From NCBI RefSeq assembly GCF_009914755.1, contig NC_060926.1: DNA of 64,000 nucleotides; one strand, written 5' to 3'. The stretch is from the human T2T-CHM13v2.0 reference genome, Homo sapiens. Position 1 is the stretch's first letter. Each line of letters starts with the position of its first letter. A model generated the notes under the pieces. The model searched no databases, was not told the origin of the DNA, and saw only the letters and a list, made by a program, of their open reading frames with translations. Position numbers and translations under genes: made by a program. Positions 1-13,729 of the stretch are shown piece by piece.

Positions 1-345
1 AGATAATGTACCACAAACATATGGAGTTTATACCAGGAATGCAGGGATAGTTCAATATACGGTGCTCTAGTAACACAATGTGCATAATTAGAGATCCCAG
101 GACAGCACTCATTTGACTATCTCCATAAATGCCAAAAGGCATTTGATAAATGTCTTTTATAACAGAAATTGATTTATAATCTCCCAATAATAACATTGAA
201 TCGACATAAGCTCAATGGTAAAATACTAAAAAAATTTTCATTAAAATGAGATATAAGCTAGATGTCTACCATCTTTATTAGTTTTAATTTTCTGTAAGCA
301 TTAGAAATACCCTTAGCCAAAACAGAATAATAAGAAGCATAATGA

Positions 346-681
<336 letters not shown>

Positions 682-1004
682 AATTTTTATTATTTGCAGA
701 TAAGTTTTGACAAATGAGGAAAAACAACTATAACACCATTATAATTAAACATTCAGTAGCTTGACTGTAGAAGATTAATATACAATTGTTTTTCTAAATG
801 TAAATCATAATTGGTAGGAAAATATAATGGAATAAAAATTCCATCTATTAAAAAAAGGTAAAATACCTAGAAACAAATGCCCCAGATCTATTTGGAAGAA
901 AACAAAAACAAAAACAACAACTTCACTGTTGCATCTAAAAGACTTAAGTAAATATGAAGAAGTGACTTATTCTCAGATAACAGTGATCAGCTTTCTATCA
1001 ATAG

Positions 1005-1235
1005 AATAGTGTTTCTCGACTGTATTTTCATTGTAGTCTTTCTAAGGAGATTTTTAAAAATATTTTTTTCTTAATCACTTCCTCCCATTAGATTTTAATA
1101 CTACAGGTATACTAAATATATATTTTTTTATTTATTACATATATATCTGTTCTTTAAACATAAAAAGAGTAAGTGTTTTTCTCTCCAAACCAATCTTTGT
1201 CCTTTTAGGGGTAATATCACCTCTGTTCAGAATAT
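1005..1235. mobile_element. Probable hAT-Charlie-type non-autonomous DNA transposon remnant
   Basis: Begins tagtgtttctc and ends ...ctgttcagaat, resembling degenerate Charlie/MER terminal inverted repeats. It interrupts the L1 fossil. Family not certain. Confidence 0.35.
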
Positions 1236-2035
1236 ACAAAATAGACCTTCTCCCTTAATTAATTCATAACTTTAATTCAGTCACAATCAAAATACCAACA
1301 ATAATTTTTGACAAGAATTCCAATTTATAAGACTGCAGAAAAGTTTCAAAGAATAAGAATAATAATAAATACTAGGCCTTCTAATTATTAGACATATTAT
1401 AGGATACCAGTAATAAACATTCTATAATAGATTTTCCAGAGTAGACATTTCATAAATAGAGCCAATACATGGTGAAATTTAATTGTGATCAAAAAATGAA
1501 TTATCAAAAAAATGGAATTGGAACAAATAACTAGCCAGAGGAGTAAGACTGAGAAGTTGGGTCTCTAATCACACTTTTTATACAAAAATAAATAAAATGG
1601 TTTAAAGGTTTTAATGCAAAATGAGATACTATATAAGTAATAGGAGAAAATATAGGATAATTATTTATAGCTTCTTGGAGGAAAAGCCTGTGGAGTAAGA
1701 AACAAAACCCAGAAAACATAATAAAATTAAACTCTTTGCATAAAAATTAAAATATTTGCATGGTTAAAACACCATAAACTTAAAAGACAAAACATACCAG
1801 AATAAAATATATTTGCATTGTATATGGAAAAAGGCTATATCCATAAGATACATTGAGCTCTAGTAAATCAGTGAAAAAAATAGCAATGATCCCAGAGAAA
1901 TGGACAAGAAACGCAGAAGAAAAGGAATACAGTTTATAAATGTAAGAGAAAAATGTTTATCCTCAAAATAAAACTTGAGGGAGACTTTTTTTTCATGTAT
2001 CAAAGTGGCAAGGGTCAAAATATTTTGTAAAATAG

Positions 2036-2714
2036 TGTGTCACCGGGATTGTGTAGAAACAGAAATTCTTACCCATTGTTATTGGATGTATAAATCAGCA
2101 AAGTTTATGTTTAGCATAATTTGTCAATTTCTATGAAAAGTAAAAATTTACATACCCCTTGACCAATATTTTCAGATCTAAGTATTTATACTACAGATAT
2201 ATTGATACATTGTCTTTGTAATTCAAGACTCTTTTTTCAAGAATGTTTATTGCAGCATTTTTGTAACAGCAAAGAAGCGCTAAATATCCAATAATAAGAG
2301 AAATAATAATAAGAGAGGGAAAGGTAGAGAGAGTTGAGGACAGAAGATATCCATATATAGAGAGATACTCTATACAGATCTCTCTATATAGATAGGTATC
2401 TCCTATCTCTCTCTCTCTATATATATGTATATATATAAAATGTATATCTTTTCTCTTATTATTGGATATTTAGCGCTTTGCTCTTACAACAATGCTGCAG
2501 TAAACATTCTTGAAAAAAGAGTCTTGAACTACAAAGACAATGTATCAATATATCTGTAGTATAAATACTTAGATCTGAAAATATTGGTCAAGGGGTATGT
2601 AAATTTCTACTTTTCATAGAAATTGACAAATTATGCTAAACATAAACTTTGCTGATTTATACATCCAGTAACAATGGGTAAGAATTTCTGTTTCTACACA
2701 TTCCCGGTGACACA
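2036..2714. repeat. Long inverted repeat / fold-back palindrome (arms 2036-2303 and 2450-2714)
   Basis: Manual alignment of the left arm to the reverse complement of the right arm shows 7 substitutions and one 3-bp indel over ~265 bp. The 146-bp spacer has an inner 13-bp perfect stem (2354-2366 / 2378-2390). Confidence 0.97.
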
Positions 2715-2890
2715 TTTTATATACATATATATATATGTGTGTGTGTGTGTATATATACATTTATTTATAAATATATATTTATATAAATACATTTATAATT
2801 ATATATGAATGTATTTATATAAAACTTTATATATAAATTATATAATAACTTTATGTATGTATATAACTTTATATATATAGAGAGAGTGAG
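2715..2890. repeat. (TA)n/(TG)n low-complexity tract
   Basis: Directly visible AT-rich dinucleotide repeats. Confidence 0.9.
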
Positions 2891-2958
2891 AGAGTATCTT
2901 TCTATATAGGTAGATATCTCCTACCGAATCTGTTTCTCTGGAGAACATTGATATAGTA
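2891..2958 (+). mobile_element. MLT2-like (ERVL) LTR 3' terminus remnant
   Basis: tatctcctaccgaatctgtttctctggagaacattgatatagta resembles the MLT2 end (tatcctattggttctgtttctctggagaaccctgactaataca), which typically follows a TA microsatellite. Confidence 0.55.
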
Positions 2959-3065
2959 TGTTATTATACCTTTTAACAAAACTTGATGAACATGTTACAA
3001 TTATGTAGTCAACATCTGTCTCTGGAAGGACATTCCAGAGTGTGATAATAGTGCTTGTGTAAATA

Positions 3066-3202
3066 TGTTACTCAAAGTTTGGTTTCCTGCAGGGCAGCAT
3101 CAACTGGAAGTGTGTAAGCAATGCAGACACCCAGTTCCCACCCACTCCAGACCTGTGGAATTGGAATCTGCATTTTAATAAACTTCAGCCTTTGAGAAGC
3201 AG
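3066..3202. mobile_element. MER5A-like hAT-Charlie MITE
   Basis: ttactcaaagt...cagcatc...aatgcaga...ccagacct...gaatctgcattttaa...tttgagaagca is the typical MER5A motif order. Confidence 0.65.
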
Positions 3203-3629
3203 GAGCATGGGGGATGGGGCCTGGGAGATAAGGGTTCAGATGAAAGGCGGCAACTTCTTCAGCCTAGACCCTCACGCATTGGCTGAACTTTCCTCTCTTC
3301 CCTTTCTTCAGTCCCCTCCCTCCCTAACTTGCCAGGTTCAAGGGGCACAGCTACTCTCTAGCCCCTCTCCTTTCTTACTTTCAAACCATTTCTCACATGC
3401 TGCCTATTGTGACCTTTTCTCTTAACAATTTTCTTTCCCTCTTTTGGAAGTAAATCACAGTAGTCCAATTAACTTCTTCTCATTTCTGGGATTTCCCCAC
3501 CCCCAACCTTTGATGACCCCATCTCCATAACACTTAGGACCATGGGGACAGAGAGCTTGGGGTGCATAGAGCAGACACTGCCTAGTTGGCATTGCTCACT
3601 TTCCTCAGCAGTTGTCGGGTAGGGGCTGA

Positions 3630-4023
<394 letters not shown>

Positions 4024-6616
4024 TAGAAATTCCTTTTTTATTTTTAACGAGACAAGATTTTACTTAATGAAGGGATTTATCTCGATGCTCATAGCAGATC
4101 TTGAAAATTTTTAACTTTGGAAGCTTTTAAAAATAGCATAAATGGTTGCAGAAGTCAGTGGAAGATAAATTGATCTTATTAGAAGATACGTTACTCAATA
4201 GAGGCTCACCTGGTTTAGAGAAAAACTATAACCTAAACAGAAAGAGGAAAGAAATGCAGAAAAATGGCCTTGGAAAAAATCTAACACTGATAACACCTGA
4301 AAACTTTGCTTGTTCACAGTATTGTTAAGCTAAGGCTCTTGTAATGTTTCCAAAGAATAAATGAGCCTAAAGTCTGCTGTAACTCAATATGACCTTAAAG
4401 ACTGTCTTCTAACAACTCTTATGGCTATTCAAACTACTCAGCATTCAAATGGATGCTTTAGGCTGCTGTGTGACTTAGAAAAATGAGCTCCATTTTGTAG
4501 GCAGCCCTTGCTGCTTCTGTGCTCTCACTTTGATGCTCAGGCACATTCTGCTGTGTATCACCTCCTTTATCCAAATAACCATGCTCAACATCAAAGGCCT
4601 TCCTATCTCTACTTGCCGAAACATTTTCTAAGTGCTTTAGGCCTGTGGGCCAAATTCCACCTGCCTAGCAGAGTCTAATGCCACAGACATAACTCTGCAA
4701 AGCACTTCTTATTGCAGGCAGAGCAGGGCAGATGGGACTCTGCTAATGCCAATTTTAAATATTATTTGTCTGATCCTTTTCACTCCCACAACCACAGAAA
4801 GTCAGGGCCAAGTCTCGACTTAGGTATAAAGCTGCCCCAGATAAATTTATGTTCATATTACTAGAAAAGAAGATTATTATGATGTTATAGCCTATATTAC
4901 TGCAGGGATCCCACTAGCCAGGTAACTAATAATAACTTCTAGTTGGACTAGAAATCATTGGTGTTTCAGAGTACTAATTCATGAATTATTCTAAAGCATG
5001 GAGGAACCCTGTATTTTGATATACTCCTATGGTATATGTGAAGTTCTCCAATTGTGCTTTACTAATTTTATATTCATAGAAGTAAATCTGTTTTTGAAAT
5101 GTAATTTTAGGTAGAATCTCAACATTTAGAATAGAAAAGTGGGATTTCTATTAAAGGAGATAAGTAAGCCCAAACGTTAAGACAGCCTGTGACCCTATGA
5201 TATACTTTGAGGTACAATTATACAATCTTGGAGCTCCATAGAACATAATTTGCTAATCACTGGTCAAGATGAAACCCAAATTTAATTTTGTGTTATCAGT
5301 TTCCCTGTGTTATTTTTAGCTCTCTTGCTAGATCCATATCCTCTTGAATCCATGAGTAATTAAAACTCATAACAGTTGGAGTTTTTCTTGATTTGAGGAG
5401 ACCCATATTTATAAACACCAAGCTTTTAATTTTGACCACTTGGGTTAGATTGGGTTAAAATCTTTCTAAAGTAAAATATATGTTGCCTAATGCCCTTAAA
5501 TGGTGTGCTAAATACATTTTAATCTTTTTGGCTTAAATTATATGTTACTGTAGTTTAACATTTTGGAAACTATAATATATGTTACAATACTAGATAATTA
5601 ATACAATACAGTAGAAAAAGCATGAGCTGTGGTGTCCATGGCATGCAGCCCCCTTAACAGCTGTGTGATCTTAAGAAAATAACCTATCCTAGTCACTTTT
5701 AAAAAATTCATATCAGAATGATACCTAATTTGCAGAGATGACTATAAAAATTACTTAGAATAATGCCTTTCCCATAGTCAGTATCAAATAACTTGGGGAT
5801 GGGAGGCAGAGAGGGGAATTGATAAAGACTGCTAGCTGTCCACCCAAATCCATACCCCTCATTAGGAACTGAGTTTCCCTAGGGAGGATTTACCTTCACC
5901 ACCTTTTAGGGCCATTCTCGAGTGGGGCTGTAGGGCAGCTACCAGCTATTTCTAGCTAGCACCTAGACGAAAATTGACCCTTTTCTGTTGCAGACGCACA
6001 CTGCTTTCCTCCTGTTAGTTGGGTGCCGTGAACCTCTATGAGGCCAGAGGTGTGAGGTGAGAGGGAGGCAGTAATACGACACAGAGAAGCAACATAAGAG
6101 AAGGATCACTGCTCTTCAACTTACTTGTGTCCTCCAGATCTGCCAGGGTCCAATTTGCACAGGTGCCACTTCTACCAAACAACAGATTGCTGGGGGACTG
6201 CCTAACCTTGTGACTTGGGAGATCTGATGGGACCATGTAGACTCAGGTTACATAGTTAATTGATACCCCATCGTCAGAAGTCCAGTCTCTATTAGGCAAG
6301 GAGTTCCTTTGCCAACAATGAGCAGTTTTCTGTCACGCAAGGACCAGCCTTGCTCTAAACTGCTCTTTGCTTCTGTCATGATTCTTTTATTGAGGCTGGC
6401 ATCCAATCACCATGGAAACCTCTAATACTAATAGATGTGCTGAATCTTGTGAGCTGAGTGACAGGGCCAATTGTACTGCGGCTAGAAGCCAAGTGACCTG
6501 ATTCTTGAATCCCCATGCTGAGAGTCTGTGCTGTACGGTCATTTCTAGGTATCAACTGTCTTAGTACAGCTTCTCTGGAAAAAGTCTGAAACAAGGGCTT
6601 GTAGGCTAGGTGTTCT

Positions 6617-8123
6617 CTTTTTAAAAAAAAAATAAACATTGTACATATTTATGATGTCAAACATGATGTTTAGAAATATGTATACATTGTGTAATGGCTA
6701 AATCAAGCTAAGTAGCATATCTATTACCACATATACTTATCATTTTTATTTTGTGGTGAGAACATTTAAAATCTACTCTCCTAGCAATTTTTCAGTATGC
6801 AAAACATTGTCATTAGTTATAGTCATCATGTTACACAATAGATCTCCTGAACTTATTCTTCATATCTGACTGAACTGTAGTATCTACTGACCAGTATGTT
6901 GCCAGTTGCCACCCAATCTTCAGCCTCTGGTAACCACCATTTACTCTCTGTTCTTAGGAGTTTGACTATTTAAGATCCCACATATAAGTGAGATTATACA
7001 GTATTTGTCTTTCTGTGCCTGGGTTATTTATACAACATCCTCTAGGTTCATCCACATTGTCACAAATGCAAGATTTCATTCTGTTTGAAGGCAAAATAAT
7101 ATTCCATTGTGGATAGGTATGACATTTACTTTATCCATTTATCTGTTGATGGACACTTATGTTGATTCTATATTTTGGCTATTGTGAATAGTGCTGCAAT
7201 AAACATGGGAGTGCAGATATCTCCTTGACACACTGATTTCGTTTCCTTTGGATATGCACCCAGTCGTGGAATTGCTGGATCATATGGTGGTTCTATTTGT
7301 AATTTTTTAAGGAAGCTTCATACTGCTTTCCATATGGCTGCACTAATTTACATTCCCACCAACATTGTATAGAGTTCCTTTTTCTCCACATCTTTACCAA
7401 CTCTTATCTCTTATCTCTTTGGTAACAGCCATGCTAAAAGGTGTGAGGTTATATCTAATGATTATAGTTTGTTTTTTTTCTGATGATTAGAGATAGTAAG
7501 CATTTTTCATATATATACCTGTTGGTCATTTGTATGTCTTCTGAGAAATGTCTTTTCAGGTTATTTCCCATTTTTTAATTGATTTATTTATTTTCTTGCT
7601 ATTGAGTTGGGTTCCTTATATATTTTGAGTATTAGCCTATTAACAGATGTATGGCTTGCAATTTTTTTCCCATTCTGTAAGTTGTCTCTTCACTGTGTTG
7701 ATTGTTTCTTTTGCTGTGCATACGATTTTTAGTTTGATGCAATCTCATTTATGTATTTTTGTTTGTGTTGCCTGTGCTTTGGGGGTTATATCTAAAAAAA
7801 AAATATTTGTCCAGGCCAAGTTCAAGAAGTTTTTCCCTTATGTTTTCTCTTATGTTTAAATCTTTAACCCGTTTTTAGTTGAATTTTGTATATGGGATAA
7901 GATGAGGGTCCAATTTCATTCTTTTGTATATGAAGGTCCAATTTTCCCAGCACCATTAATTAAAGAAACTATTATTTTTCCATTATATGTTCTTGGGACC
8001 TTTGTTGAAAATCGGTTGGGTATAGATGTGTGAATTTATTCCGGGACCTTTATTCTGTCCCATTGTTCTAGATGCCTGTATTTGTGACAGTACCATGCTA
8101 TTTTGATTACTATAACTTTGTAG
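6617..8123 (-). mobile_element. 5'-truncated L1MA-type LINE-1 (3'UTR plus end of ORF2)
   Basis: Antisense L1 3' motifs: attgtacatatttat...; ttccattgt...atttactttatccatttatctgttgatggacactta; attgctggatcatatggt; cattcccaccaaca; tttcccagcaccatt; agtaccatgctattttgattact. Confidence 0.88.
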
Positions 8124-8966
<843 letters not shown>

Positions 8967-10604
8967 TTAGTAATAAAAATAATTACTATTGCTTTTATAG
9001 TTTTTGTAACATTTTTGCTTTAGATATCATTTCTCACTGCTATTGACATGTTTTCCTATGGTACTGTTTCTAACTCCCACTAAGGGTCTTTCTCTTCCAC
9101 CATGCATTTGAAAGCAAATTAGTTAGGATTACACATAAATTAAGAGTAAATCAGCTTTGAGTGAAATCCTGAAATGATCCTTAAAAGTACATGTTGTTAT
9201 GACTTTTGATATGTCTATTTAGTCTACACAGTGCCCACTTATTTCCTCTTAATTTCTCACTTTCTTTTACATTCTGGTTGTGTGAAATAATCAGAGAGCC
9301 AAGTTATAAATTAACATGGACTGTTGTTATGTTTGTATAATATAACTTATTATTTCTTATTGTTATTTTCTAATGAGGTCAAAAAAGTAAAAGCATGTCT
9401 CATAGCATTTTGCTAAGCATTATAGCTTTGTTATTCAAGGGTATACATTCATACAAATATATGAAATTAGTAACAAATTCGTACAAATTTGTACCAATTG
9501 CCTTTGGTTTAGGTTCATTACGTTAAAAATTTAAAAGACTGTTAAACCACAAATAATAAGATGATGTATTTTGAACAGAACTTCCAATATATGTTCCCGG
9601 TTAAAAAAAAAAAAGATATTTCTCTTGAAAATAAAACACTTAAACATCTGCTTGCTCCAAAGTGTTTTACAAAAAAAAGTAATAAGGACAAAAATAATAA
9701 TGGAGGAAAAAAAGTAAACAAATTCAACTTCAGATGGCTTTTATCTTTGATGCAGGCTCTAATAGTTCAAATTAAGCAGAGACTAAAATACAAATATTGA
9801 TTTTGGTGCTGGCTACATTTCCAGGGTCTTTGAAATGTTTAGAAAACAGTCTGCACATTTCATTTCCTTTTTGTTTGGACAGCACATTGTTGCCAGTATT
9901 TCTTTGATTCGAACATCTGGAATCGCTAAAACATACAGCTGGGCAGAGCTGCCAGTGATATTTTGTTTTCTTGACTAAGAATCAGAACCTTGACCTCAAC
10001 CAAGGGTAATTATCTGGGCAAGTTTAATGATGAAATCCTGAGGAGAGGTGACAAGATGAAGGCACAGGTACTGGTGACCATGGCATTTGGAACTGAGTTC
10101 GTTGCTGCACATCTCTGAGTTTTATGAGATGCTGTTGAAGACATCACACTGCCTTTGTCAAGCCTCCTGGGTCTCATGTCTGCTCACACATAGGGTAAGT
10201 CATGGCCCTCCCTCTCTGATGCTGGTCAGGGTCTTATCCACACATGCAGTAGGAGATAGAGGAGTGTAGCACATACTCTTGCCAGCAATTCACCCCAGTG
10301 CACGTACAAGACACACAAATTACCAACAGTAAAGTGCCATAAAGGAATCATCTTGTATCTGTGGAGAAAATAGCAAGAACAAAGATGGAACCTCTCCAAG
10401 TCCAACAGATTAGAAGTAGTCCAAGAAAGCAAAGAGGAGAATAAAATGCCAGTAATTTTGTTTTAATCTCAAAGTCAAAGCTTCCATTAAAAAAATTTTA
10501 TGTAAATAAATACTTTAATGATAAATATAGGATAGTAAATTACTCAGATGATCTTACCTTTCATGTCATTTAAGAAACACAGAAGTGTAACTTGGTACAA
10601 ATGC

Positions 10605-11160
10605 ATTAGAAAACATTTTGGTAAACATATGCATGGCCCAGCAGTTCTACTCCTGGCAACACACCCCATGGAAACGAGTGCTTAGTTCCTCCCAGAGGCA
10701 TATACAATAATGCAGGTACTGTAACAGCCCCAAACTGTAAATAACGCAAACATACATCATCAGTAGAATGGGTCAATGAATTGAGGTATAATTAAGAATG
10801 GAATATTCAAAGTAACATAAAGAACAGAACACTGTTACATACAACAAAATAGAGGAGTTTTGTTGACATGTTGTTAAGTGATAGAAGTCAGATACGAAAG
10901 AGTACAATCTATGATTCCATTTATATGAAATTTGAAAGTAGGCTAAACTAATTTCTTGTGATTAGAGGTCAGATCAGTGGTGATCTTGTGGCCAAGATAC
11001 TGATTGGTAAGAAACATAGGGAGCTTGTGAGGTGCTTGAAATATTCTACATCTTGATCTTGGTATTGATTACACAGAAGTATACATGCATAAGTTAAAAT
11101 TATTCTTGCTGTACATTTGCGTCCTTTATTGTAAGGCATGCTTCTATTTGAAAGAAAAGA
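10605..11160 (+). mobile_element. L1ME-type 3' end fragment
   Basis: cccagcagttctactcctgg, atggaatatt, gaagtcagatacgaaagagtaca...tatgattccatttatatgaaat and cttgatcttggt are characteristic of old L1 3'UTRs. Confidence 0.7.
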
Positions 11161-11169
11161 ATCACAGTG

Positions 11170-11467
11170 GGCAGGGTGCAGTAGCTCACACCTGGAATCC
11201 CAGCAGTTTGGTAGGCCAAGGTGTGCAGATCGTCTGAGCCCAGCATGGAGACCATCCTGGACAACATAGTGAGCCCCTGTCTCTACAAAAAATACAAAAA
11301 TTAGCCAGGCCTGGTGGCATGCGCCATAGTTCCAGCTACTTGGGAGGCTGAGATGGGACAATTGCTTGAACGCAGGATGCAGAGTTTACAGTGAGTTAAG
11401 ACTGTGCCACTACACAGTGGCCTAGGTGATAGGTAGAGATTCTGTCTCAAAATAAAATAAAATAAAT
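11170..11467 (+). mobile_element. Alu (old, AluJ-like)
   Basis: Diverged dimer with (aaaat)n tail. TSD aatcacagtg on both sides. Confidence 0.9.
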
Positions 11468-11575
11468 CACAGTGGTGGACTCTAATAATACACAAAGTGT
11501 GAAATTGCTATTGCTACTGAAATTAATGACACATCAAGCCATTAATGTATTCTAAGAAAGTTCTAGTATAAGAAA

Positions 11576-11858
11576 TTTGTTTTGTTTTGTTTTTTAAGAC
11601 AGCATCTCACTCTGTTGCCCAGGCTGGAGTGCAGCAGAGCAATCTCAGCTCACTGCAACCTCCGCCTCATGCCTCAGCCTCCCGAGTAGCTGGGATTACA
11701 GGTGCACATTACTATGCCTGGCTAATTTTTGTATTTTTAGTAGAGACAGGGTTTCACCATGTTAACCAGGCTGGTCTCTAACTCCTGATCTCAGGTGATC
11801 TGCCTGCCTAGGCCTTCCAAAGTGCTGAGATTATAGGTGTGAGCCACCGTGCGTGGTC
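11576..11858 (-). mobile_element. Alu (AluS-like) with ~20-bp internal deletion
   Basis: Antisense dimer. ctccgcctc joins directly to atgcctcagcc at ~11668, lacking the usual ccgggttcaagcgattctc segment. Confidence 0.9.
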
Positions 11859-13431
11859 TACTATGAGAATAATCCTTAAATTATATAAATGTTTCCGGAC
11901 CCAAGCATCCAAATGAACAAAGTCACTTAAAGCAGTCAGTTTAGAGGCCACAGTTCAAATTATGCTGACATTGCTCTCTAATTGTTGGATTTTCATTTTA
12001 GAAACTATCTTCCTACATTATGGGATATAATTTTGCATATGCATACAGGGGCAGATATTTGTCCTTTGAAGATGTCCTAAGTTTTTGCTAGATATACATA
12101 ATTTGAAACTCTGGGATGTACAGAGATTTGCAATGTGACTAATAACATTTTTTGTTGTTGTTCAGTAATCAGGTGTGGTTGGCTGAAAAATAATGAGAGT
12201 AATTATGTTGTCTGGCTCCACAAATATTCCTAAGGCTGATTCCAAAGAAAGGCTCCTAAAATATGCAGACCTTTGTTAGCATCAATGATTAAAGGCTTAT
12301 CAAAGCCTGACAGCAAGTTTGCACAGTCAGAAAGAGCTTGGCTCTTGGAACTCAAACAAGTCCAAATTCAGGAAACTAAGCAACTTTGTATTTATTTCAG
12401 CAATTCAGACAGGAATTTGCCATGAGATAAGCTTATTCTCAGGAAGTATCACCACTTAACTTACTTAACTTACAGTAGGGTAGGGAAACAACTCCAGGAC
12501 CTTCATCTCTAATCTGAAAAAGTTCTCTTCCCTCTTCTGATGAGACCAGTGCCTCCTATCTTCAGAAGGGCTGAAGTTTATAGCAGTGACATGTGAGTCA
12601 TTTTCTTTCAGTTTCCAAATCATCTACTTTGCTTAAGCAATTAAATATGCCTCTTTATGCTACATTTTTCACCTCCCTAGCCATTTCCATTCTTCTATTT
12701 GAAAAAGCATTTGACAGAGTCAGCACACAGGGCCTCCTGCTTTGCTGTCTTCATCAGGGTGATATTGAAAGAGTTGTCTGATCTTGCTAAGACTCAATTT
12801 TCTTGTTTGTAAAATGATGATGAAATAATGCCTACCTCGCTAGCTTGTTAGGAAGTGTTTGAGGAACATTCTTGGCTAAAGGTCAGGGGAAATTCCCTTC
12901 TCTTTGCCAGGCCCTACGTTAATTAATCTACATTAATTAATCTCTTTGCCAGGCCCAAAGTTAATTAATTATTTCTAAGCATTGAGCGAAACATTCAGAA
13001 CACCAGGATGAGACAAAAGGGATATTTTTCAAGTCCTTTTAGTTTCTGCACAAGATAATATTAAGTATTATTCACATATTTCCCACTTTGGAGTCTCAAT
13101 CATCTTTCTGTTGGAAGTCTTCTTTAAATTATATCAAAAAGGTTAAAGCAGTAAACAAATATGACACAGGTCCCTCTGGTCTCAGTTCCTTAGGGATCAG
13201 ATAACCCATATCTCTCTTTTGTGTCAATGATTATATCCAATCCTATCTCTTATTTCTTACATGGGACCTGAAATGAGGACTTCCTCTCCTTTTTAACAGA
13301 AGTATGACCAATTATCCACATTTACATTCCTCATGACAGAGCAAGATATAAATATTTTGATGAATATTTTATGCTTTATGTAACTTACGTAAAGCATTTT
13401 TATTGATTGAGAATAGATGGATATAGTATTC

Positions 13432-13729
<298 letters not shown>

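Noticed and set aside
5820-6240. Possible old LTR (also ~15600-16000, ~23600-23820, ~24330-24800)
   Set aside because: The composition suggests decayed ERVL/Gypsy-type LTRs, but I could not assign family or boundaries without a Dfam search.
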